Notes: a model not told the origin generated them from the sequence alone. 64,000 nt of DNA from an uncultured virus (IMG/VR IMGVR_UViG_3300016471_000493) (IMGVR_UViG_3300016471_000493), one strand, 5' to 3'. Positions 36,901 to 47,851 are shown, numbered from the stretch's first letter. Numbers and translations: made by a program.

Positions 36901-38613
36901 AAAAGAATAGATATAAAATGGATTACATACTATACCAGTTTCATTATATGCCGAAATACCACCGTTATCCGCTTGAATTAATAACTGAGTATTGGCACAG
37001 TTAGATGAATTCCACGAACATCTACCTGTAGCTCTTACTGCCCAAACATATACTGGCACCATCCCTACTGGACATTGAACGGTCGGTGTTATTCTCGGTG
37101 TCACAACAAAAGGCGGTGGAGTTGATGTTTGTGTTGGTGTTTGTGTTGGTGTTGGGTAGAGTCCATTAATACAAGAGCTACAACTATTAAATTGTGTTGT
37201 AAGTAAACCATTTTGCGGACCGTTAGTATCCAAATCTAAGATCATTCCGCAGATTGTGTTAGAGTTAAGTACATAATTGTTAAAAGACGAAGATATGTTA
37301 AATTGTATAGTGTCGCCTATTGATAAAGTACTACCAATTAAAGTTGAACTATCGTATACAACAGAAATTTCTCTTGAAGAAAGAGAACAACCTAAAGATC
37401 CTGAATTTTGATAAATAATATTTGGATTAAAAACCATATTAGTAAATCTAAGCGGTGGTGGAGAGGAAGAAACTAAAGTTGCGGCTGAATAATACCACGT
37501 ATGTACAATTTCATAATAAGGAGGATACAAGGTTGGTACAGGATCTACTATTCGCATATAAGTCCAGTGAATCCCAGGTTGTTTAGTAATTGTTTGTCTA
37601 ATACCATGACAATCAACAAAACTTATCAATTGAGTTTGATAATTTGAATTTACTGATGGATTTGCGCTAACAGTATATTTATAGTTAGCACATCTATATC
37701 CTACGAATGAATCATAAATAACAACTTTGGCCGTTTTAATCGGGTTAACTCTAGTAATAGCTGGTGTTCTAGATGGTATAGGTAAAAAAGCGTTGGTATA
37801 ATCAGTATAAATATTAGCATAGATAGAAGTAGTAGAGTCTTGAATAAGTGGAATACTTGTTGAATTTACTGTTCTTGACCAAGCACTATTTCTACTTTCA
37901 AATGGAATGTTAAGTTCTAAAGTTTGTGTTGTATTGTTACAGTCTAAATAATCTATCAACAGAAGTCCATAAAACTCTTGAATTTCAGAAGAAGATATTG
38001 AATAAGTATAACATATATCAGAATCTAATATTGGTTCATTATAACTACCACATACTTTTCCCCAAAAATTTTCAGTATTTTCTAACAAAACATTTTCAGA
38101 ATTACTAATTAATTCTGGTTGTCCTGCAGATATAAAATAATACGGTATATTTTCTGTGCCAACAAAAGTTCCAAATATTACATTTGAATATGTCCCGCCA
38201 GAAGAACAACTAATGTATTTTAAAGTTGCCTGTCCAACTAAAGACCAAGTATAACAATCACGACACGAATCTTCATTAGAAATCAATTTAAAATTAACAA
38301 TATTACCATATTCAAAAATGTAATCAGTCGAATCCAATGTAGAAGATACGATTGCAAGGGTTATTTCTACATATTCAGAATTAGTTGAATTAATTGATTG
38401 TACTGTGTATATTCCACTACTATCTCCAATAGTAATTTGAATTGTTGCTGGAATACTTAATCTCATCCAGTTATTTCTAGCCCAAACGCCAGTAATATCT
38501 TTATTTCCCATCGAGATTGTAATTAAATCCCACGTTGTTGAGTTACTATTCCATTGTCCAAAGTCATTAATTAAATCCGGGCTAGACACCCAAGTAGTAT
38601 ATTGAAAATTCAT
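34000..38613 (-). CDS. Giant mucin-like, Cys-rich modular protein (1537 aa), probably virion-associated
   Basis: Multiple C-x-x-Y/W...Y-x-x-C...C modules separated by TPT tracts, and an internally duplicated ~150-aa domain. Confidence 0.7.
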   Translation of the reverse strand: MNFQYTTWVSSPDLINDFGQWNSNSTTWDLITISMGNKDITGVWARNNWMRLSIPATIQITIGDSSGIYTVQSINSTNSEYVEITLAIVSSTLDSTDYIFEYGNIVNFKLISNEDSCRDCYTWSLVGQATLKYISCSSGGTYSNVIFGTFVGTENIPYYFISAGQPELISNSENVLLENTENFWGKVCGSYNEPILDSDICYTYSISSSEIQEFYGLLLIDYLDCNNTTQTLELNIPFESRNSAWSRTVNSTSIPLIQDSTTSIYANIYTDYTNAFLPIPSRTPAITRVNPIKTAKVVIYDSFVGYRCANYKYTVSANPSVNSNYQTQLISFVDCHGIRQTITKQPGIHWTYMRIVDPVPTLYPPYYEIVHTWYYSAATLVSSSPPPLRFTNMVFNPNIIYQNSGSLGCSLSSREISVVYDSSTLIGSTLSIGDTIQFNISSSFNNYVLNSNTICGMILDLDTNGPQNGLLTTQFNSCSSCINGLYPTPTQTPTQTSTPPPFVVTPRITPTVQCPVGMVPVYVWAVRATGRCSWNSSNCANTQLLIQADNGGISAYNETGIVCNPFYIYSFNSGAPSSWCNGMTVSNRNLNLKYVASQTAPQLIAAYSGNSQFIDLTTCDYLFQTWIVGTANLDTDGNLYSYLPNNAAYLPQISGCTVPFNCINVTPTRTPRPTPTPTSCGGVSWGEYSFSYDQMNFYRNGSYISTGWWETPQNSSLQLTVSSLESGIVGVCNCQYPYDYLNCVDKNPASTYGLQVIGDGMVTFHFTNALTNPQLAIYSLGNNFAYATCRFFKGSYDFPEPIMSGSTGFTVSCVGATSWNANPVSSVSNGVSGAESYLIVQFTGTYSFITLELSGNTTYTSFVWGVPCSLPPTPTPTLSSTPNCQLCPCYTWAFGIRDPLVYTNTFPYDYFNYTDCSSSQQRTVALNISSAGSTFCMQEPGPTWLYGPSGFTWERLSACGVQNCVGRCDCSFPNVRWASFLSGSFVDFNNGITASISIRGLSATATYDGPLTNYTQLNCLVKPANESQQFLKLTNSGEYNIRFSNSVANPLMVVMGLGSFGLQGSITSNVGFNVNCLDNLTLNFLTNTIFGADGFGIIQFTGNVTNLTLIFTPPTAQPNVWISFGVPCVPLATPTPTPNATLSSTPIPAITPTSTMTMTNTNTQTVTKSSTPTLSLTSSPNSSPTQTPTNTFTPTPTLTRTPTNTYSNTPLPTVTSTCFGSVQICSSYRVSGGTPGTIVTYTYFDCNTGSAITMLVVGSTIATVCSRFTPVWSIIAGGPSGFSVEISQGCGTYCSSLSATLTPTPTRTLLSTPTPTPTRTSTPSTTSTQTPTVTPTMTQTATPTSSLGSTPKPTPTNTVSPTRTITPTPSSTIPGCECVEYVILSPPAGEAPFEITWTSCFNNSMLTLNDPSAWTLTSDKPIPNPFNLTACFGSVSILPEISEVMVSGGAAGCTCFEFFINSTEYNKACRNNVFVWYQCCTGEILQYKVTNLNFTISALKIYSVIGLSTDCFTYQRLPKSVWVELGDSGVTECGVGC

Positions 38614-38640
38614 ATTGTTTTTTTTTGTATATTATTTATT

Positions 38641-41600
38641 TTAACAGAGACCCGAAATTGAAGTAATCGCACCAGTAGCGCCATTAACTTCGTAGTTTAT
38701 AACCGCATTTGACACATAATCGAATCCAGTCGCTGGTGTGGTCAAATTAGAGTCAATATAAAGTATGTCATTTATCTGAAGATTAGCAAATGACGATCTT
38801 ATTCCATAAAATGTATTACCAGTTTCACTACAAGCCTGACTATCACTACCACCAGTACCTAAATTACTATAACTATAAGAAGTAAATCCACTTGTTTTTG
38901 TTACAGTATTTGTTATAGTGTTTGTTGGTGTTTGAGTAACTGTTGGTGTTTGAGTAACTGTCGGTGTTTGAGTACTTGTTGATGTATTTGTTGGTGTTTG
39001 AGTAACTGATGGTGTTTGAGAGGNNNNNNNNNNNNNNNNNNNNNNNNNNNNNNNNNNNNNNNNNNNNNNNNNNNNNNNNNNNNNNNNNNNNNNNNNNNNN
39101 NNNNNNNNNNNNNNNNNNNNNNNNNNNNNNNNNNNNNNNNNNNNNNNNGAGAGGAAGTTTGTGTTTGAGTATTTGTTATAGTATTAGTTACAGTATTAGT
39201 TACAGTATTAGTTACTGTATTAGTTACTGTATTAGTTGGTGTTACAGTATTTGTTGGTGTTTGAGTGTTGGTTGGTGTTTGAGAGGAAGTTTGTGTTTGA
39301 GTATTTGTTATAGTATTAGTTACAGTATTAGTTACAGTATTAGTTACTGTATTAGTTACTGTATTAGTTACTGTATTAGTTGGTGTTACAGTATTTGTTG
39401 GTGTTTGAGTATTTGTTGGTGTTGGACTTGGTGTTGAAAATGGTGTTTGTGTTGGAATAGGCGCTGGACAATCTCCCCAATTAGGTGGAATAATTGTTAA
39501 ACCATAACTTGTATGTCCTGGAGTAAAATTATAAATTTGTTCAACATTTGTAGTGCACCATCCAGTATAAGACACTGTTATACCTGATGCTCCAGCATAG
39601 GCAAGTGGAACACCTTGAGCAAATCTAAACATTTCGTTAAAATTAGTACCATTACTGACATCCCAATGTTGCCAAGACTCATAATATGTAGACGCCTGCT
39701 CATGATCATAAGCGGTAAAAGTTTGTGCATTGTTATTACGCCAAAAAGCTCTAGAAAAATCTCTAACATTACTAACGTCCCATCTACTAGAACCACTAGG
39801 CGCATAATAAAATGTAACATTACTAGTACGCATAAAAATTTCACTAATTGTTAAAACTTGACTAGTATTCCATCTACTTACGGAGTCTTGACCAGGATTA
39901 AGAGAGTCTTTAAACATTTTAGACATATCTAATACATTCGAAGTATTCCAATAATCAAATCCAATAATAGGATTCAAACAATACTGAAACATTGCCTTCA
40001 TGTTAGTTATATTGGAGACATCCAACCCGCTCACATCGTATATTCCTGCTGGGTTTGTTGTAGAGTAACCATAAGGACTAGCTCCAGCAAAAGCATATTC
40101 CATATTAGTAATATTTCCGCCACTATAGGTCAAAAGAGGATAACCTGTTGTTGGCAAAGCAATTCCATAGGCTAATGGTGAAGTTTGTGTCGATAAATCT
40201 AAATAGTTAAAATAATATCCATCGTTATTATAAAAACTAAAATTACCCCAATTTTGAATTCCTTTAAATTTTAACTTTTCACTCAATGGTACATTTTTTA
40301 ACGAAAAACCCCATACTTTTCCGACAACAACAATTCTTCTTACATTATTAGGATCTGTCCAAAGCACAAACCCAGGATTTTTTGCTGCTCCAGTATTATT
40401 AAAATATGTGTGTGTTCTATTTTCATAACTATTTACAGATGAAGTTCCATCGCCCCAATAAATTGTACCAGTATAGTCACCCCCATAAATATATGGTAAC
40501 GATATTGTATCTCCTGATTGTGCATAATATAGGAAAATAGTATCATTAGAAGTTGCAACTACCGATTTTGTAGGGGTGATTGATGGTGTTAGAGATGTAG
40601 TCGGTGTTGGTGTTGGTAATATACAGTAAGTACCACAAGTGCCTTGAGAAAATGACCAACTTATAGCCAAATTAATAGGTTGGTTTTCCATATTACGATA
40701 CGCAAGTTCACGGCTAACTACACAAACGGGAGCACTATAACTCATAAAATTTGTATTTGGTTCTATTGTAGTTCCTGAAATTATAAATTCACCTACAAGT
40801 CCAGTACACCCAGTGTATCTAGCTTTAACTGGATAATATCCAACTGAAGTTAATTGATTATACTGTTGAATTGATAAAAGAGGATATCTTAAAGTACAAT
40901 AAGTTAAGTGTCCAGGGCATGCTTGTGGTGTAGGTGTTGATGTACTGAATGGTGTTGGAGTTGTAAAATTCATAGTTGAAGTTGGAGTTGGAGATACTGG
41001 TAAACAAACTTTTTCACAAAGACCCGTAATTACTGGAGATAAACCACTACCGGCAATTAACTGTGGAGTGGTTAAAGAACAAACAGAAACTGGTGAAGAC
41101 CCATTTACTGACCAATCTTGTGTGAATGTATTACATTGAGTAATTCTATAAACCGCAAAAAATGTTCCAGCTGAAGTTGAAATTGCTTGTAAAGTGTATC
41201 TTTGACAATTTTGAACACCAAAACAAGTTTGCGTTGGTGATGGTGTTATACTTGGTGTTGTTGTTGGTGTAACATTATTATTAAACGTAGGCGTATTTGA
41301 CGGCGTAAGACTTAGTGTACTAGTACTAGTTGGAGTTGGAAACCCGACACCAACCGCGTTTCCAATCGATACTGTTGTAAATAAAGAATCACCAGAATAT
41401 AAAAGAGGAATTATTATAGATAATAATCCTTGATTGTATGTAACTGGTGGAATAGTAAGAAATTTCACACTCAAATTTTGTAATCCATCACATTCTCGAT
41501 ATGCCCAAACTACCGAAGTATTTCCGCTGTTTGATATGATGTAAGATACACAATTAAAAGTTCCAATTAAAGAAGTAGATGTGGGGGTAGGCGAAAGAGT

Positions 41601-42953
41601 AGGTGTCGAAGTTACAGTTGGAGTAATTGATGGTGCACAAGATTGACAAGAATTAAATAATGAAATACTTATAGCCTCTGATTTATAATTAGTTAATATT
41701 GAGTTTATCGCACCACACTTAAAAATTGTTTGCTGATCTAGATCACAATGTTGATTTGAAATATTAAATGAAACTATATTACCAATACTTAATCCTGAAT
41801 ATGTTGGCACACTGACCGCGTATAAATAACCATCAGAACAGTCCTCAACTTCATAAACAGTATACAAATTTGGAGTTGGGGTGGTTGTCAGAGTTGGTTC
41901 GGGAGTTTGATTTATAATAAAACTACCACAAGCGTTGTTAGACGTATTAATCAATACGTTTTTAGTACTGGCGGTTAAATATGGGAAACTTCTAGAACAC
42001 ACATCAATTTGTAACCCTGGAGCCATACTTTGTATAAATTGTGTGTTAGTATTACAATCAGTATAATAAATGTTAACATTTGGTTCGTCAGCCTCAACAG
42101 ACAAAGTATTTAAAGTATATGAAAGACATGCAACTCTTTGACCTGTTCCTAATCTTGGAGTTGATGAGGGTGTTGGGGTGTTAGTAGGTGTCGGACCAAG
42201 AGCCGTTGGTTGTGGAGGAGTCCCACAAGCAAGACCACTAGGCTGTAATTGTGTGATCGTTATTGAACCAAAAAATGATGGTACACCAGCAACATTTATT
42301 ATTATAAATCCACTAGACGATACTGTAGTGTCAATATAACTATTTTGGATTAAACCATAACTATTTGTTGAACTAGAACATGCCGTATAAGTTAAATACC
42401 CGTTACCTTGTACTTTAAAATAATTACAATTTACACAATCTCCTGTAAAAGACAATGTTTTAGTTGGTGTCGGTGTTGGCGTTTGAGGAAGTCCAGCTGT
42501 CTTTGTAGGCGTCATTGTATAAGTTTTTGTAGGTGTTTGAGTTGCAGTTTTTGTAGGTGTTTGTGTTGGTGTTGCAAAATTAGTACTTGAAGGTCGTGTT
42601 GACGTAACAGTGCTTGTTGGTGTTGGTGTTACAACATTAGTACCTGAAGGTTGTGTTGACGTAACAGTTTGAGTCGGGGTACTCGTTGGTTGTTGAGTTT
42701 GAGTAACTGCCGGTGTTTTAGTAACTGTTGGTGTTTGAGTAACTGCCGGTGTTGGACTAACAGTGTATGGGGCCGTATTAAGAATATAAATACCCTCAAA
42801 AGGTGTTGAGAACGTACCTTGAATGTAAATTAATGAAATTGTAGTTCTTGGTGTTATTTTTTGATTAGGAATAATCGTACCTTGACAATTAGTGTACGAA
42901 ATAAAAGCTAATTCTTTTGTTGAGTTTTCTATTTGGGAAATTACACAGGACAT
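38641..42953 (-). CDS. Giant mucin-like, Cys-rich protein with PKD-like and DUF285-like regions; true C-terminus lies beyond the N gap (stop at 38641)
   Basis: After the gap a TPT frame continues TKTSGFTSYSYSNLGTGGSDSQACSETGNTFYG...GATGAITSISGLC* to TAA at 38641-38643. The ORF-track tail (LKHHQ...) is a wrong-frame read. Confidence 0.75.
39024..39148. other. Assembly gap (125 N) inside a Thr-rich repeat
   Basis: N run flanked by repeated ggtgtttgagagg units. Confidence 0.98.
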
Positions 42954-43019
42954 AATTATATTATTGTTTTCAATAAATATCTACTAATGAAAAAAATAAA
43001 TAATTAATTAAAATTTTTT

Positions 43020-43400
43020 TTAACAACAAGGACTATCAATTACAAAACTTTCTTGAATGAATATATTCAATTCCTCCCTAAGTGGTAATATTAAGTCCCC
43101 ATCAATATTCTTTATAAGAAACTGACCTTTGTAACTTCCTATTTTATTTGTATCTTTTTTTGTAAATTTAAAATAAATATAATACTCAATTTGACTGTTA
43201 TCTACTAAATTTGTTAATTCTACAATGTATGCTGGTTTTGAAACTATTTTAGGAATACCAGTTTCACTATTTATCATTGTAAAAAAAATTGAAGAATTTT
43301 CTAATAATTGTATAAATTCTTGATATTCACTTCTACCATCTTTAACTACTTGCATTTTTAGTAGTGGTAAATTTGCATTTTTTTTTATGTAAAAATTCAT
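43020..43400 (-). CDS. BppU N-terminal-like (baseplate/fibre adaptor) domain protein
   Basis: FYIKKNANLPLLKMQV...YFKFTKKDTNKIGSYKGQFLI...ILP pattern. Confidence 0.5.
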   Translation of the reverse strand: MNFYIKKNANLPLLKMQVVKDGRSEYQEFIQLLENSSIFFTMINSETGIPKIVSKPAYIVELTNLVDNSQIEYYIYFKFTKKDTNKIGSYKGQFLIKNIDGDLILPLREELNIFIQESFVIDSPCC

Positions 43401-43451
43401 TTTTTTTATAAAGACAAATAGGTTTTTCGACGGATTTAATATAAATACTCC

Positions 43452-46160
43452 TTAAGATTCTTTTCTTAAATCTTTATCATAAAATTCAAACCTATTGTGT
43501 TCTGTTGGTGTCATTAATAGTAACGCAGGTCTAATTTTACCTTTGACAGTTTCTTGAAACATATAACTCATCCAAGTTTGTTCGTACGGATGAGCCCATT
43601 TAGTCTCTAAAAACATTTTTTTATTTCCTTCGTTAGAAACTACTTGTGGCCAATTAGAATAATAAATTTGACCGTCAACATATGGTATACCATTTTGACA
43701 TCTAATATTTTTATAATTTGTTAGTGGTGCGTTTGGGTCTAAACCATGTTCAGGAAGTTTATTTTTGTCAGGCCAATTTTTTTCTCTCACTTCTTGAGGT
43801 ACATTGTACCACGACCATTGAGTTCCATTATCGCCAAAAAATTCTGAGTAATTAAACTTTAAAAAATCAAAATCATGTTTTTGTATAATTTGAAGAACAT
43901 TACTATAAAAGTTATCCACATATCTATTAAACCCATTTCTACACACATCCCCTTTTTTTGGATAAAAAAACATATCATCTTCAAAAAAGAAATAATAATC
44001 AAAATTATTAGAATCGGCATGTTCAGCAATGAATTGTCTTCCACCACAAATTCCAAGATTGTCTTTTTTTATGTGAACAAAATTAAACTCTTTACATAAT
44101 TCACTATATTTTTCAAACGTAGCGCCATCACTAGAATTGTCTAATAAAAACTTTTTTGGTCTATCAATAAATTTGTTATCATACTGATTCATTGATTCAA
44201 TTAATGTTTCAAATTGTTTTGGGCTATTAAATGTTATAACATACAATGCGACATTATTAATATCTGAATTTTTTCCTAAAATAGTCGATAAACTTTCAGT
44301 TTTAAGTTTGTGTTGGTCATTTTTTACATCTTCAAAAAATTTAGATATTAATCCGTTTGATTCTATTTCAAAATATTCAAATTTATCAGGATATAAATAA
44401 GTTAATAATGTAAATAAAGACTCTTCAGTACCCATATACCCTCGATTTAGAGTATCGCTCATCATGTGATAATATAATGAATTAAAGTCTCCTATCTTAT
44501 CTTTTGGACCACCAAAAAAACCACCACGACAAACCTTATCTATTTTTTTGTTTGCCATACGACACATTTCCTCAAAATCAAATCCATGAATCTCATTTTC
44601 TGCGTTATACGGAAAAGCAATAAAAGTTATGTTTTTTAAATTACTTAATTTGTCAAAAACTTTATCATGTGTAAAATAACCAGAATTTACAGTATTAGTT
44701 ATTCCGGCGTCAATCCAAAATAATGATGAAGAATCAAATCTATCTAATATTTTGGCATCATTAAGCATAAAAACCTTGGACATAACTAAAGGATTGTACA
44801 TTTCAAGACGAGCTTGTGTGGATTCTGATAACCAGCCGGCCTTATTATACCAATTTGGATTAGTTCTTATTGTTTGAATCTTATCAAAAAATTCAGTCTT
44901 GAACCAATCTTGAGACCTTACAATAAATTGAGTTTTAGAACGATCTCTCTTTGAGAAAACCCACCCCTCTAATTCCTTTTCTCCAAAAATAATAAGATTT
45001 TCTTCAATTTTAAGAAGTTCTTCTAGTTTAGATAAATAATGATCGAAATTTCGTGACCATCCATCTGTCAGTTTATCTCTATTTATATTCCACAATCCTG
45101 TAACAATTGTAATATTTTTATTTTCTTGATTGTTAACTTTATTTCCCATTTCTTTATTTTCTGTTTCTTTATTTTTAATATCTATATTATCGATAATGAC
45201 AACATTATTATCATCAACATTAAGACCTAGTAAATCTAAGGTATGTTTAGATCGATTTTCTTCGGATAAATAATTTTCATAATAGTTTTTAGAATTAAGA
45301 GAAATGTAATCTAAAAAATTTTCGTTGTTTATTATTTCATCAAATCTTTTTTCGATTAGATTAGCATGTTTTTCTAGACCTAATCTATCTTTTGGTACAT
45401 CATTTTTTTTTGGTAAATCATCAAAAGGAACTGATATGTAATGATAATTAGGTATTAGGGGTGGGGATAAAGTTGCGACATAGTTGAACTTAATAAATGG
45501 GATTCCTAAAGACATGTATTCTACATCCCGCCAACATAAATCACCAACAGCCGAACCTCCAATAGATAAACCAACTTTATATTTGATAATATCATTTAAA
45601 TATTCTTCATAATCCATATGATATTTTTTGTCAAGAATTTCATTATTAATTCTATCTAAAATTGGTCTATAATCTGTATCTCCACCGAAAATCATTTTTG
45701 GAATTAAGTCAACGTTTTGATTTCGTTTAATCAAAAAATGTTCACGATCAAATTTATTGTAAACAAAATAAATCCAAGGACAATACTTATTAAAATTTTT
45801 ACCAACATGATGCACAATTTGGTCTGGCACATACTGAGAATAAAGAACTTTTTTAAGAAAAATGTTGTCTTGTTCGACTAATAGTGAACCACTCATCTGA
45901 TCACAAAGTGATAGTATCCAAAATTCACCAGTGTTATTATCTTCAATAATATATTCACATGATTTTATTTCTAAATTTTCATAGCTTCTTTTTTTCAAAA
46001 GAATTTTACATGACAAACACTCTTTTAACTTATTCTCATTTACTATATGATTTTTTTTTAATTCTGTTGTAATTTCTTGCCAAAAAATATGGTAATCTCT
46101 AACAATTAGATCTTCAACATAATGTACTAATAGGTTTCTAACTAGATAATTTTCTGTCAT
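43452..46160 (-). CDS. Three-domain glycan-modifying protein: GT-B-like, HtrL/YibB-like and GT-A-like (likely start ATG 46160)
   Basis: CWRDVEYMSLGIP; TIVTGLWNINR..SKVFML..FWIDAG..GGFFGG..GTEE; LDNS..GICGGRQF..FFEDD. Confidence 0.7.
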   Translation of the reverse strand: MTENYLVRNLLVHYVEDLIVRDYHIFWQEITTELKKNHIVNENKLKECLSCKILLKKRSYENLEIKSCEYIIEDNNTGEFWILSLCDQMSGSLLVEQDNIFLKKVLYSQYVPDQIVHHVGKNFNKYCPWIYFVYNKFDREHFLIKRNQNVDLIPKMIFGGDTDYRPILDRINNEILDKKYHMDYEEYLNDIIKYKVGLSIGGSAVGDLCWRDVEYMSLGIPFIKFNYVATLSPPLIPNYHYISVPFDDLPKKNDVPKDRLGLEKHANLIEKRFDEIINNENFLDYISLNSKNYYENYLSEENRSKHTLDLLGLNVDDNNVVIIDNIDIKNKETENKEMGNKVNNQENKNITIVTGLWNINRDKLTDGWSRNFDHYLSKLEELLKIEENLIIFGEKELEGWVFSKRDRSKTQFIVRSQDWFKTEFFDKIQTIRTNPNWYNKAGWLSESTQARLEMYNPLVMSKVFMLNDAKILDRFDSSSLFWIDAGITNTVNSGYFTHDKVFDKLSNLKNITFIAFPYNAENEIHGFDFEEMCRMANKKIDKVCRGGFFGGPKDKIGDFNSLYYHMMSDTLNRGYMGTEESLFTLLTYLYPDKFEYFEIESNGLISKFFEDVKNDQHKLKTESLSTILGKNSDINNVALYVITFNSPKQFETLIESMNQYDNKFIDRPKKFLLDNSSDGATFEKYSELCKEFNFVHIKKDNLGICGGRQFIAEHADSNNFDYYFFFEDDMFFYPKKGDVCRNGFNRYVDNFYSNVLQIIQKHDFDFLKFNYSEFFGDNGTQWSWYNVPQEVREKNWPDKNKLPEHGLDPNAPLTNYKNIRCQNGIPYVDGQIYYSNWPQVVSNEGNKKMFLETKWAHPYEQTWMSYMFQETVKGKIRPALLLMTPTEHNRFEFYDKDLRKES

Positions 46161-46197
46161 TTTAATAGGCTTTTTTAAAAAATAAAAAAGATTCAAA

Positions 46198-46205
46198 CAA
46201 ATATA
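46198..46205 (-). promoter_or_regulatory. Bacteroidota-type -7 promoter element (TATATTTG)
   Basis: TAnnTTTG match lying 37 nt upstream of ATG 46160 and only 1 nt from the ORF-track TTG start, which favours the ATG. Confidence 0.5.
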
Positions 46206-46235
46206 AAGATTCGTGAGGGATCTTATTGATTTGAT

Positions 46236-46958
46236 TTAAAATCTTTTGCTATACAATTCATTTCCCCAATCAGAAAAATGTGGTAAATGAAATGGTGCAA
46301 AATTTCTTGTAGGTGTTAATTTATGTTCTTTTTTTGAACACGTTATTCTACCCAACATATCACCATCTTCACCTCCCCACCCTTTATACTTTTCATCAAA
46401 TCCTCCTAAATCTAATAATAATGCGGTGTCACAAATATAAACACCACCTAATCCACCACCATACCCTCCACCTAATGGACCATTTTCTCTCTTTCCTGAA
46501 TATGCATAAGACCAATCAGCTTTAGAAATATTAAAAACCCCATCAACAATGTACTCTGAAACGTTATCCTGTAATTTCGCGAGATCGAAAGTAATAATGT
46601 CCCCATTTTTTAAATTGTATATTATGTCTAATAATTTATTATAATCATCAATGTAAAAAAATGTATCACAATCCATCATCATAAAAAAATCATAATCTTT
46701 TTTATCTCGAAGAATAATATTAGTTTTTTCTGCTTTTTTGTATTCGCCCAAAGGATATGAGATATGTTTAGAATCAGGGATTAATTGAGTAACAGAAAAA
46801 TCATAAAGAGATTCAGATACATTAACATTATTTTTTTTTAAAAAAAAAGATAATTTTTTTAATTCATTCCAGCTATAATTTACATTTCTAATTCTTGTAG
46901 AGTTTGGTTGACCATCATCCCAAAACTTCATATTAATAGATATACTTATTTTTTGCAT
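46236..46958 (-). CDS. GT-A glycosyltransferase (GT2/GT7 C-terminal type)
   Basis: DxD motif (MDCD) and GGFDEKYKGWGGEDGD. Confidence 0.8.
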   Translation of the reverse strand: MQKISISINMKFWDDGQPNSTRIRNVNYSWNELKKLSFFLKKNNVNVSESLYDFSVTQLIPDSKHISYPLGEYKKAEKTNIILRDKKDYDFFMMMDCDTFFYIDDYNKLLDIIYNLKNGDIITFDLAKLQDNVSEYIVDGVFNISKADWSYAYSGKRENGPLGGGYGGGLGGVYICDTALLLDLGGFDEKYKGWGGEDGDMLGRITCSKKEHKLTPTRNFAPFHLPHFSDWGNELYSKRF

Positions 46959-46963
46959 GATAC

Positions 46964-47851
46964 TTAATTATTAGATTTAAGTTCTTCTAAAATTTTGTAA
47001 AAACTTTTCCTAGTTTTAAGAAATTCTTGTATATCTAGACCACTAATTCTTTCATCTTCATGCCACCAGTGATCAAACTCTTTAACTTGAAATAAATCTT
47101 TATGATTATAATACATTAAAGACATTATATTTTCTTCAAAATATAACGTTGGTTCGTTATCTAACAATCTATTGACGTAATCCAAAAAAAGTTGACAAAA
47201 CTCTTTCATTTTAATATTTTTTCCACCAAAAAAACCACCAATTATATGTCTATCCATACAATATTCATCATAATATTTTGATGGTACAGTTCCACTCCAA
47301 TAATTTGCTACATTTTCTTTTGAACAAATAAAAATTTTATTATTAGTAAATGATATCAAATTATCTAAAAGTTCATTGTCAAATATTTTACAATTAAAAT
47401 ACTTATCAAAGTACCCGTTATCACCCATGTATTTTTCAGGGAACAAACCAGTATGAGAAAGACCAGCGTCAAACCAATATATGTTATCATAGTTATCAAT
47501 AAAAGATTCATCTAATGCCCATAAAAATTTACAATATTGAATTTCGACACAACGATCTGATTTTTTAGTTTCTTCAATATTTTTAAGTTTATTTATTTTA
47601 TCACTAAGAATGAAATTTGAAATATCGTATTTTTTTATTATTAATTTATTTGAATCTATTGTATTTTCAATATAAAAAAAATTACATAAATCATCATATT
47701 CTCTATCTGAAGTGTAACACACATAATCAGCATTAGTCATTTTCATTAGACTAATTAAAGAGTATTTATAATGTCCGCCTCTATTTGGTCGTCCTCCAAA
47801 TTCAGTTCCATACAAATCAGAATAAATTGATGTTATAATTTTAGTTCTCAT
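46964..47851 (-). CDS. HtrL/YibB-like protein
   Basis: QYCKFLW, YWFDAGLSH, IGGFFGG and EENIMS; paralogous to the middle domain of 43452..46160. Confidence 0.65.
   Translation of the reverse strand: MRTKIITSIYSDLYGTEFGGRPNRGGHYKYSLISLMKMTNADYVCYTSDREYDDLCNFFYIENTIDSNKLIIKKYDISNFILSDKINKLKNIEETKKSDRCVEIQYCKFLWALDESFIDNYDNIYWFDAGLSHTGLFPEKYMGDNGYFDKYFNCKIFDNELLDNLISFTNNKIFICSKENVANYWSGTVPSKYYDEYCMDRHIIGGFFGGKNIKMKEFCQLFLDYVNRLLDNEPTLYFEENIMSLMYYNHKDLFQVKEFDHWWHEDERISGLDIQEFLKTRKSFYKILEELKSNN

Noticed and set aside
38913..39023. ORF-track C-terminus PLKHHQLLKHQQ... suggesting a His/Gln-rich domain or frameshift
   Set aside because: It is an artefact of the arbitrary N-gap length; the correct frame is the TPT frame ending at 38641.
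26340..42953. Diversity-generating retroelement acting on the adhesin-like genes
   Set aside because: No reverse transcriptase and no template/variable repeat pair with adenine-specific differences were seen; the near-identical repeats found are explained by tandem duplication.
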